Positions 1 to 7,890 of a stretch of DNA of 48,224 nt are shown one piece after another. This DNA comes from Clostridia bacterium. Its GTDB lineage: Bacteria; Bacillota; Clostridia; Christensenellales; UBA1242. The notes below the pieces were generated by a model. That model was given only the letters and a program-made list of their open reading frames with translations. It did no database searches and was not told the origin of the DNA. The position numbers and the translations under genes were made by a program. Location of the stretch: positions 1-48,224 of the forward strand of contig JAGBBH010000025.1 of assembly GCA_017938505.1 (NCBI GenBank), given 5' to 3'. The first letter of the stretch is position 1, and every line of letters begins with the position of its first letter.

Positions 1-174
1 ATTGACAGATTAAGATATTTCATTGGAGATACTTATAGTGCTGAAATTTATAGAATAGATGGTTACGGAAATCTTGAAAATGTTACATCAGAAGATTTAA
101 AAGATTTGTGTGATGACTTAATTGATGAATTAAGGAGACAAATACAGACCTTAAAAGATAGTGAGATGTCGTAG
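1..174 (+). CDS. 3' end of hypothetical protein (partial)
   Basis: Frame 1 is open from the window start (IDRLRYFIGDTYSAEIYRIDGYGNLENV...DSEMS) to TAG at 172-174. Confidence 0.6.
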   Translation: MDRLRYFIGDTYSAEIYRIDGYGNLENVTSEDLKDLCDDLIDELRRQIQTLKDSEMS

Positions 175-338
175 TCGGTTTTTGTTCTATTTTTTGTTTT
201 TCAACTATATATTATAACAGGATTGAATGTTCGTTTAATCTTACAAATAGGGGTGTAGGATATAACAGGATTTCTATCCATTTACGAATGTTTTAGAAAG
301 AAATTTAAAATAAGGCAAAAAAAATAAGGTTTGAAACC

Positions 339-704
339 TTATTTTGGAAATTTAACTATTGAATTTATAGCATTTTGAAAATCTTTGTCGTTGATGTATC
401 TATCTGCAAAGTCTTTGAAATCGCAGTTTCTTTGATATTCTTGAATAACTCTTTGTTCACTAGGGGTTAAAGCTTTTGTATTGTCTAAACCGAATAGTGT
501 AAGAAGTGATATGTTCATTATCTCACAAAGAGTTGGTAAAAGAGAAATATCAGGAAGACAAACACCTTTACGCCAACGCTTAACAGAAGTGTCGGATACT
601 CCAAGTCGTTTTGCTAGTGAAACGCTTGTCTGTTCAGGGTGTTCTTTAAACCATTTTTCAATGTTATTACAAATATTGAGTTTAATGTTATTTTCGCTAT
701 TCAT
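339..704 (-). CDS. XRE-family helix-turn-helix transcriptional regulator
   Basis: SLAKRLGVSDTSVKRWRKGVCLPDISLLPTLCEIMNISLLTL is a typical HTH_3 signature; divergent from the recombinase operon. Confidence 0.9.
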   Translation of the reverse strand: MNSENNIKLNICNNIEKWFKEHPEQTSVSLAKRLGVSDTSVKRWRKGVCLPDISLLPTLCEIMNISLLTLFGLDNTKALTPSEQRVIQEYQRNCDFKDFADRYINDKDFQNAINSIVKFPK

Positions 705-745
705 AAGATTAGTATAGTTTTTTTTCGGCCATTTGTCAATCGATT

Positions 746-826
746 ACGGACTAAAATAGTATGTTTCTTAAATTAAACATACTAAAATAGTTGACAACGA
801 CAAATAAACGGACTATAATAGTCCGT
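746..826. promoter_or_regulatory. SigA promoter of recombinase operon overlapped by three operator-like sites
   Basis: TTGACA 791-796, 17 bp, TATAAT 814-819. Palindrome ACGGACTAT-A-ATAGTCCGT at 808-826, with variants at 746-764 and 777-795. Confidence 0.8.
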
Positions 827-885
827 AGATAAAGTCAAATAGACTATATTATTCAATAGTTAATTCCATTGCCGAAAGGAGTGTA

Positions 886-1080
886 ATGGAAGAAATTAAA
901 GAAACAAACAAAATTGAGCAACCTTTATCAGAGGAAAATGTAAAAATTTATAGAATTGATGGAAGTGTTGTTCGTGTTAAAAGAGAATTTTCACATGGAG
1001 GAACAAATATTCTTGAAAGAGTTATGTGTCTTTTATTAGACATACTTGAACAAGAAAACCAAAAAGAAATTACAAGTTAA
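886..1080 (+). CDS. Small element-encoded protein (possible recombination accessory factor)
   Basis: AAGGAG RBS; first gene of the recombinase operon. Function inferred from position only. Confidence 0.65.
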   Translation: MEEIKETNKIEQPLSEENVKIYRIDGSVVRVKREFSHGGTNILERVMCLLLDILEQENQKEITS

Positions 1081-1105
1081 AATCAGCGAAAGAGGAGGTT
1101 AAAAT

Positions 1106-2743
1106 TTGGAAAATCAAAATTGTAGAGTTGCTATCTATTGCAGATTATCAAGAGAAGATGGAAATGAAGAAAGTCAATCAATTTCTAGCCAAAAAGAAAT
1201 CTTGACAGATTATGTAACTAAACAAGGCTGGAATATTGTTGATATTTATATTGACGATGGCTTTTCAGGAACTAATTTTGAAAGACCAGATTTTAAAAGA
1301 CTTCTCGTTGATATTGAAATTGGGAAAATTGATATAGTAATAACCAAAGACTTATCAAGACTTGGTCGTAATTATATTCAAACTGGATATTATACAGAAG
1401 AATTTTTCCCAGAACATAATGTAAGATACATTGCATTAAATGATGGGTTTGATACTTCACAAGAAGAAACAACGGATTTTGCACCATTCAAAAATATAAT
1501 AAACGAATGGTATGCAAAGGATATTTCAAAAAAGATAAGGTTTACGCTTGATAATAAAGCAAAGAATGGAGACCCAAGAAATACTGTCTTTCCTATATTT
1601 GGATATGCTTATAATGAAAATTATGAGAGAATACCAGACCCGGAAACAGCGCCAATTGTTCAACTTATTTATAAGAAATATGTCGAAATGGGTTCATCTG
1701 TTAAAGTAGCGAGATATTTAAAAGAACAAAAAATTAAAATACCACGTTATTATAATGCTATCAAATATAATTACAACAAGAAAAAAGTTCTGGAAATGTC
1801 GGAAGATGAATTAACTACATGGAGACCAGATGGAATAAGGGAATTGATTGAAAGAGAAGAATATCTTGGTGTATATAAAACAGCTCAATCAACATCTATT
1901 AGTTTTAAAATTAAAAAGAGAAGTGATAATAAGGATTGCTATCGTTTTGAAAACAGATATGAACCTTTGATTGATAGAGAAACTTGGGAATGTGCAAACA
2001 ATTTAAGAACAAGGACACGTTCTGGTGCTATTCCAATGGAAGAAAACAAATTGAAAGGGTTGGTTGTTTGTGAGAATTGTGGCTCTCCAATGAGATTTGA
2101 AAGAAGAATAAATTTAGCACATAATACTTATGATTATAGGTATTTTTGTAAAACTACAAAATCAAATAATTGTTATGCCATAAATTCAACGCCAGTTTAT
2201 ATTTTGCTTAATGTTGTAGAAAGTGAGATTTCTGATTTAAGAAAGGTAATACTTGAACATCAAGAGGAGTTTATAGAATTTTCAAAAAAATATGATAGAA
2301 GAACTAGAAATATCAAGACAAACTATGAACTTGATTTGGAAAAATTTATAAAAAGGAATGTTGAGATTGATAGGTTTATTCAAAAACTTTTTGAAGATAA
2401 CGCAAAGGGTTTAATACCAGACTCAACATTTCAAATGATGATGGAAAAGTATAAAAAAGAAAAAAGCTTAATTGAAGATGAAATTAGAGATTTGACAAGA
2501 AAACAACAAAGAGAACTTTCAACACCAACAAATGAAAAAAATGCAAATGTATTTTTGGAGAAATTAAAAAGTATTTCAGTTAATGAACTTATGGAACCTA
2601 ATAATCTACGTAAAATCATTGATAAAATTACAGTTAAGTCCAGCAAAATAAATAATTCAAATAAAAATAGGATATTTGATATAACGATTTATTACGCTAA
2701 TTGTAACGAAATTATAAAGGAATTTATGACTTATGAGAAATAG
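1106..2743 (+). CDS. Large serine recombinase 1 (resolvase + recombinase + Zn-ribbon + coiled coil)
   Basis: YCRLSRED catalytic motif, DDGFSG, RP, KDLSRLGRN, PIFGY, CENC zinc ribbon; GGAGG RBS with TTG start. Confidence 0.95.
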   Translation: MENQNCRVAIYCRLSREDGNEESQSISSQKEILTDYVTKQGWNIVDIYIDDGFSGTNFERPDFKRLLVDIEIGKIDIVITKDLSRLGRNYIQTGYYTEEFFPEHNVRYIALNDGFDTSQEETTDFAPFKNIINEWYAKDISKKIRFTLDNKAKNGDPRNTVFPIFGYAYNENYERIPDPETAPIVQLIYKKYVEMGSSVKVARYLKEQKIKIPRYYNAIKYNYNKKKVLEMSEDELTTWRPDGIRELIEREEYLGVYKTAQSTSISFKIKKRSDNKDCYRFENRYEPLIDRETWECANNLRTRTRSGAIPMEENKLKGLVVCENCGSPMRFERRINLAHNTYDYRYFCKTTKSNNCYAINSTPVYILLNVVESEISDLRKVILEHQEEFIEFSKKYDRRTRNIKTNYELDLEKFIKRNVEIDRFIQKLFEDNAKGLIPDSTFQMMMEKYKKEKSLIEDEIRDLTRKQQRELSTPTNEKNANVFLEKLKSISVNELMEPNNLRKIIDKITVKSSKINNSNKNRIFDITIYYANCNEIIKEFMTYEK

Positions 2744-4223
2744 AGCAGTGATATATGCACGTCTTTCAAGAGAAGATGAAAATAAGATTGATGGAAATAC
2801 GGAATCAAGAAGTATTGAAAATCAAATTGAAGGTTTATCACTATATGCAAAAGAAAATGGCTTTCAAATTGTCGATATTTACTATGATGATGGTTATAGT
2901 GGTGGAACAATGGAAAGGCCAGCAATGCAAAAACTTCTTAATGATTTAAAACTAAAAAAATTTGATATTATTTTAGTAAAAGATATTTCCAGATTAGGAA
3001 GGTCTTTGCATAGAGTAGGTAATTTAATTGAAAAAATATTTCCAGAGAATAATATCAGAGTGATATCTGTAAATGATAAGTATGATAGTGAAACATACAA
3101 GCAAAACGAGTCCATTGTTTTAAGAAGTTTTTTAAATGACTACTACCTAAAAGAATTTAGAAAAAAGTGTAGGAAAGCGAGAGAACATTACGCACACACA
3201 AAACACTTAAATTATTATCCTAAATATGGTTACAATTTTGATAAAGATAAAAATGAAATAATAGATGAATATTCTGCTGGTATAGTAAAGGAAATATTTG
3301 AACTTGTTGGAATTAAAAAACTCAATCCTTATCAAGTTGCTCGGAAACTAAATCAAGATGGTGTTTTAACACGTTCAAGGTATGCAACCGAAGTATTAGG
3401 CCTTAAAGGCTTAAATAAAGTTCCAGCAAAAGAATGGAATGCTTGCAAAGTTCACGAGGTTGTTAGTGATTATGAATATTGTGGTCATTCTATAAATTGG
3501 GTTTGCCATAAGAAAGAAGACTGGATTTTGCTGAAAAACACGCACAAAGCAATAATTGATGAAGATTTATATAATCTAGCTCAACAAGCAATAAAAGAGC
3601 GTTCTTACTTGGCAAAACATAATAATGAAAGACCTAATCATATTGGAAAGTTGATTTTCGATAGGGAATTTCCAAATAGGAATTATTTGTATTGCAGACA
3701 CAGACGAAATCCAGAAACATCATATTATTTTTCCAGATACTCTCGTAAGAAGGTTAAATGTTCTATATTAGAAGATGTTGTCTATAATGATATTATAAAT
3801 ATAATTCAACAATGTATAGAGAACCCAGAAAGATTGTATAATTACTATAAAGTAAAATTATTTAATGGCAAAGAATATCGAAAGGATAAAATAGAAGATA
3901 GCCTTAAACTTGCTAATGAAGCCTATTCTAAACTTATAGAAAACTATTATAATCAAACCATAACAGAATTAGAATTTAAGAAAAAATCTACTAAAATGAT
4001 TGATGTTATTCATGAATTAGAAAATCAATTAAAGGATTGCAAGGATAACCAAATTGTGATAAAGACGTTTGATATAAAATTCAAAAGATTTTTGGAACAA
4101 ATAAAGAACATTCCACAGAATAAACTTGATGTAATAAGAATGGCGGTTGATAGGATTTATGTTGAAAGATGTTGTGGATATAATGATTTTGATATTACTA
4201 TAAAATATAAATTTGAAATTTGA
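2733..4223 (+). CDS. Large serine recombinase 2
   Basis: YARLSRED, DDGYSG, ERP, KDISRLGR, PKYGY, HKAIIDEDLY; overlaps the stop of recombinase 1. Confidence 0.93.
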   Translation: MRNRAVIYARLSREDENKIDGNTESRSIENQIEGLSLYAKENGFQIVDIYYDDGYSGGTMERPAMQKLLNDLKLKKFDIILVKDISRLGRSLHRVGNLIEKIFPENNIRVISVNDKYDSETYKQNESIVLRSFLNDYYLKEFRKKCRKAREHYAHTKHLNYYPKYGYNFDKDKNEIIDEYSAGIVKEIFELVGIKKLNPYQVARKLNQDGVLTRSRYATEVLGLKGLNKVPAKEWNACKVHEVVSDYEYCGHSINWVCHKKEDWILLKNTHKAIIDEDLYNLAQQAIKERSYLAKHNNERPNHIGKLIFDREFPNRNYLYCRHRRNPETSYYFSRYSRKKVKCSILEDVVYNDIINIIQQCIENPERLYNYYKVKLFNGKEYRKDKIEDSLKLANEAYSKLIENYYNQTITELEFKKKSTKMIDVIHELENQLKDCKDNQIVIKTFDIKFKRFLEQIKNIPQNKLDVIRMAVDRIYVERCCGYNDFDITIKYKFEI

Positions 4224-4246
4224 CCAACAATAGTTGGTCTTTTTTT
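4222..4246 (+). terminator. Intrinsic terminator after recombinase operon
   Basis: GACCAAC-aata-GTTGGTC stem followed by a T7 run. Confidence 0.8.
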
Positions 4247-4285
4247 ATTATATAGGAATATATAAATGTCTATTATAATAATATG

Positions 4286-4339
4286 TTATATACACCTAAC
4301 TTGGTAAAACAGCCCTTTTACCTATTAGGGTGTAGATAA
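4286..4339. repeat. attP-like 54-bp imperfect palindrome
   Basis: Gapless inverted repeat with 20 of 27 positions complementary, centred on GC at 4312-4313. Confidence 0.7.
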
Positions 4340-4368
4340 AGAACGGAAAAATGGATATAAATCGACTT

Positions 4369-4396
4369 TTATCTACACTTAAATGGGCAAAACAGG
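4369..4396 (+). other. Putative att junction (element half-site joined to PBP gene)
   Basis: 4369-4395 matches the left arm 4286-4312 at 22/27. The equivalent central dinucleotide is GG at 4395-4396, in the Gly codon of KTG. Confidence 0.65.
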
Positions 4397-4802
4397 AACA
4401 GCACAAAAATATGATGAAAATGGTCGCATTGCAAGTGGAAAATATATTTCGAGTTTCATCGGAACATATCCTGCAAACGAACCACAATATTTGTTTATGA
4501 TTTTGGTTGATCAGCCAAGTGCGGGAGCATATTATGGTGCAATAGTTGCCGCACCTTATGGAAAGTCTTTTTTTGAAAAACTCTTTGATTTCTATAACCT
4601 TCCGAAAGACGACACTTCAATTGTTTTGGAAGAAGTCGTTATGCCAGATTTGGTAGGTTATTCTCTTGCAAACGCGTTGGCAGAACTAAAGAAACTGGGA
4701 ATAGACTATGAAATTGATGGAGAGGGTTCAAGCATAAAAAAACAACTTCCCCCGGCAGGAGTAAAGATAAAAAAGGGAGATAAAATTTTGCTGATAACAT
4801 AA
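4383..4802 (+). pseudogene. 3' fragment of interrupted class B penicillin-binding protein (SpoVD/FtsI-like): end of transpeptidase domain + PASTA
   Basis: Begins at GKTGTAQK (PBP motif 3), then YISSFIG..P...P, YYGAIVAAP and a PASTA domain VVMPDLVGYS...QLPPAG. No SxxK/SxN part upstream. Confidence 0.85.
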
Positions 4803-4858
4803 AAAAACAATAAGAAAAATTTGTTGATTTAATGTTTATATTGTTATATAATAAATAT

Positions 4859-5587
4859 ATGTGGACATACATTTTAATTGGTGTTGGAGTTGGTGTTGGA
4901 TTGCTGCTTTGCTTTGCTTTGGCGGTGGCGAGTTTTTCTTTTTCAAATTTCAAAGAAAAACAAAAAGAACTTCAAACAAAATCAATTTCCTATGGAATAA
5001 CTGTTTCAGAGTTTATTAAAGAAGTCAACAGACAGATTTTTGGAGGACAACTTCATAGAACATTTTGTGAGCAAGATAAGGACCATTACAGTTCAAATGT
5101 AATTTCTCTCAGTGTGTCAACTTACAATTCAAATTCAATTGTTTCTTTTGCCACAACGGCACACGAACTTGGTCATGCAAAACAAGACTATTCAACAAAG
5201 AAACTGCAAACTTTGTGGAAACTTAAAAATTCTTCTCGTGTTTGTGGTTGGTTCTTTATGCCACTTATTGTTGTAGGATTTGTTCTAAGTTTGCTGACAA
5301 TTTTTCAAATCATTCAACAGCAATTCGTTTTCTACATTGGAGTTGGCATTTTGGGACTTGCAGTTGTGTTGCTCCTTTTTTCGATTTTTCTGAAAATTAA
5401 GGAGATTTCCATTGAAAAAGAAGCATCAACAATTGGTTTGCAATTTCTGAAATCTTTTATGACAGAAAAAGAACTTAAAAGTTGCAAAGATTTTCTTGAC
5501 AGTGCAAGATTTACCTACTGGGCGGCTTTTTTTAGGGGCTTGCTCGGTTGGACTTTTTTGACAAACAAGGAAAGTATGTTTAAGTGA
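4859..5587 (+). CDS. Membrane zinc metallopeptidase (YugP/Zn_peptidase_2-like)
   Basis: AHELGHAKQD HExxH motif, downstream EKEAS, ARFTY; TM segments. Start placed at ATG 4859, 7 nt after TATAAT. Confidence 0.8.
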   Translation: MWTYILIGVGVGVGLLLCFALAVASFSFSNFKEKQKELQTKSISYGITVSEFIKEVNRQIFGGQLHRTFCEQDKDHYSSNVISLSVSTYNSNSIVSFATTAHELGHAKQDYSTKKLQTLWKLKNSSRVCGWFFMPLIVVGFVLSLLTIFQIIQQQFVFYIGVGILGLAVVLLLFSIFLKIKEISIEKEASTIGLQFLKSFMTEKELKSCKDFLDSARFTYWAAFFRGLLGWTFLTNKESMFK

Positions 5588-5595
5588 TAAAATAA

Positions 5596-5623
5596 AAAAA
5601 GCAAATTGATTAATTTGCTTTTT
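5596..5623. terminator. Bidirectional terminator
   Basis: AAAAAGCAAATT-gatt-AATTTGCTTTTT between convergent genes. Confidence 0.6.
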
Positions 5624-6506
5624 CTTTTTCTGTGTTGGATTTTGTGTTTTGATAAGAGTTATCAACTCTCCAAGGAGTCGAAAGCATATCAGATGCACTT
5701 ACATTGTCAAGGGTGGCATTGATTGCGTTTTCAGTTAAAATTAGTGGTGTGTGAATTTTGCTTGAAGTGGTTACGAATGGATATTTTTCTTCTGCAAATG
5801 GTGTGTAAATTTGTGTTGGGAGAGTTGTTGTGTCTTTTGAAAATCTGAAACAAAGACTTTGTTGCAATGGTGCGTCTTTTCCGAAACTTGATGCATTTCT
5901 TCCAAAACAAACCTCTTTATTTTTGATTCCTTCAAGAATCGCGGAGTGGAGTTCATAGGTGTTGTTTATCAGTTTGTAAAGGTGTTGGCTTGTGCGCATT
6001 TGACATTCAACAGCATTTGCAAAAGAGCAAACTTCCGCAGAAGCTTCTTCATCTCTGTCAAGGTCATAAACATTGCTTCTGCAAATTTGCATTCTTTTCT
6101 TGTGAAATTTTCCATTGTGTTCAAACATAGTGAATAAGCAATAGCCATAACCAGATTTTTCTTCTTCAGGAACGGGAATTTTGAGTTCTTGACATTGGAG
6201 ATATTCATATTTGTCTTTCCCGCTGCCGATTAGAAACTCATAACTTTCAAGTTTTCCATTGATTCTGTTGATTATATACAAATTGTCATTGCAAATGGCA
6301 AATTCTCTTGTTTGTTGAAAGATTGTATCAAAGTTTGAAGAAACATATTTGTCAGTTACCTCAATTTCATAAAAAGAGTTGTTGGCTTTCATGATTAAAA
6401 ATTTTGACATTGCGTTTTCTTTGAGAGTAGTTCCTTCTTTTGTTAAACCATATTGTTTTGATTTTGCTCTAAAAAGATTTTTAATGTGTCGTTTTTCTTC
6501 TGTCAT
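5610..6506 (-). CDS. Hypothetical protein
   Basis: 298-aa ORF with AGGAG RBS; no motif recognised. Confidence 0.75.
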   Translation of the reverse strand: MTEEKRHIKNLFRAKSKQYGLTKEGTTLKENAMSKFLIMKANNSFYEIEVTDKYVSSNFDTIFQQTREFAICNDNLYIINRINGKLESYEFLIGSGKDKYEYLQCQELKIPVPEEEKSGYGYCLFTMFEHNGKFHKKRMQICRSNVYDLDRDEEASAEVCSFANAVECQMRTSQHLYKLINNTYELHSAILEGIKNKEVCFGRNASSFGKDAPLQQSLCFRFSKDTTTLPTQIYTPFAEEKYPFVTTSSKIHTPLILTENAINATLDNVSASDMLSTPWRVDNSYQNTKSNTEKEKAN

Positions 6507-6588
6507 TTTTGTTCTCCTGTTTTACGGAAAATATGATAACACAGGAGAGAGGAAAAGTCAATATACAAAAGGTAAGAAAAAAGAGGAG

Positions 6589-6759
6589 TTATTCCCCTTT
6601 TTCGCAGAAACTTTTGCAATAATGTGGTGCGATTCCGTTTGACATTGGTGCGTTTCCGTGAGAAACATCAATGACAAGTTTGTTACACTTGCAACCGCCT
6701 TCGTTGTAAATACATTCGTTAACATTGCAACGAACCCCACAATTAATTTTTTCTTTCAT
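6589..6759 (-). CDS. Small Cys-rich DUF1540-like protein (56 aa; absent from the ORF track)
   Basis: MKEKINCGVRCNVNECIYNEGGCKCNKLVIDVS...HYCKSFCEKGE; strong AAGGAGGT RBS; C.V..C.YN....C....I.V...C.SF pattern. Confidence 0.8.
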   Translation of the reverse strand: MKEKINCGVRCNVNECIYNEGGCKCNKLVIDVSHGNAPMSNGIAPHYCKSFCEKGE

Positions 6760-6914
6760 AAATAACCTCCTTGCTATATTGTTTGCATATTTTTTAAATT
6801 TATATGGAATGAAAAAATTTTTTAATACATATAATAATTTTGAGAAAAATTTGTTGACATTGCATTATTTTCTATGTAAAATGATTGTAACAAACAAAAA
6901 AAGGAGAGAAAGTT

Positions 6915-7136
6915 ATGGCAAAGAAATCAGATTACTTCGGTTTGGACTATATTGTAAGTCTTATTCTTGCAATTATCCCTGTAACTGCTTGGATTTGTGG
7001 TTTTATCACAAGATTGCAAGAAGGCAAAATCGTAGCTGCAATCATCAGATTGCTCGGCGTTGGTGTTGTTCTTTGGGTTATTGACCTTGTGTTGATGATT
7101 ACAAGCAAACACATCTTTAGACTTTTGAATATCTAA
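6915..7136 (+). CDS. Small integral membrane protein
   Basis: AAGGAG RBS; promoter TTGACA 6854-N17-TAAAAT 6877; two hydrophobic segments; own terminator. Confidence 0.8.
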   Translation: MAKKSDYFGLDYIVSLILAIIPVTAWICGFITRLQEGKIVAAIIRLLGVGVVLWVIDLVLMITSKHIFRLLNI

Positions 7137-7144
7137 TTGATGAT

Positions 7145-7180
7145 AAAAAAAGAACGCTTTAAAACAAGCGTTCTTTTTTT
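7145..7180. terminator. Bidirectional intrinsic terminator
   Basis: AAAAAAAGAACGCTT...AAGCGTTCTTTTTTT between convergent genes. Confidence 0.85.
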
Positions 7181-7205
7181 TGTTGCTTTGTTATTTTGAG
7201 ATAAG

Positions 7206-7760
7206 TTATTTTCTCTTGCAAAATACAATATAGTTTTCCATAAGTTCATCACAAATTTCTTCAGGAGTTTTGTTCATACTGTCAATTACAAAATCGAAAT
7301 TTGAAAGGTCTGTCAGGTCAACATTATAGATTTTTTTATAGCGAGCAATTTCTGTTCCTTCTCTCTCTTTTAAAGTTCTTTTTGCTTCTTCAATTGTGTC
7401 GAATTTTTCTTTGCCTGTGCGGTCAGAATTTGCGAGTCGTCTTGCCATTTCATCTTCGTTCAAATCAACAAAGACCTTGAAAGACTTTGGAACAAAATGC
7501 CACGCAAGCCTACTGTCGAAAACCACCTTTTGTCCTTCATATTGTTTTCCTAAAACTTCCGATTGTTTGTCAATATAATAGTCAAAACTTGGGTCAGAAA
7601 GAAGAAATTTATTAAATTCTTCAGAGTTCATTCCCCTCTTTCGAGCTTCCTCCTTGCAGATATCTCCAACGCCTATTCTTTTGAAACCGTATTTTTCAAC
7701 TAAAAGTTTAGAAACGGTTGATTTTCCACTGCAAGGTTTTCCTGTAATAGTGATTATCAT
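7206..7760 (-). CDS. cmk: Cytidylate kinase, archaeal-type/short family
   Basis: True start MIITITGKPCSGKST (P-loop), DSRLAW, RYKKIYNVD, FDFVIDS; AGGGG RBS. The longer ORF-track N-terminus is antisense to jag. Confidence 0.8.
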   Translation of the reverse strand: MIITITGKPCSGKSTVSKLLVEKYGFKRIGVGDICKEEARKRGMNSEEFNKFLLSDPSFDYYIDKQSEVLGKQYEGQKVVFDSRLAWHFVPKSFKVFVDLNEDEMARRLANSDRTGKEKFDTIEEAKRTLKEREGTEIARYKKIYNVDLTDLSNFDFVIDSMNKTPEEICDELMENYIVFCKRK

Positions 7761-7890
7761 AGTTCCCCCTATTTTGTTTGATGATATCACAAATTGCTCT
7801 TTTTTCAAAACAATTCTAAAAAAATGATTGAAGTTTTTTTGTAAATATGTTAAAGTAGAAAGGAAAAGCAAAAAAAGGAGAAAAAACAAA

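Larger units (their letters stand above)
1..4396. mobile_element. Right end of an integrative element (ICE/IME/skin-like) with tandem large serine recombinases, inserted in a PBP gene
   Basis: XRE repressor, two serine recombinases, terminator and att-like repeats directly abut a 5'-truncated PBP ORF. Left boundary is outside the window. Confidence 0.8.

Noticed and set aside
43-963. Shared IYRIDG peptide between the partial ORF at 1-174 and the 64-aa ORF
   Set aside because: Six-residue match without flanking similarity; probably chance.
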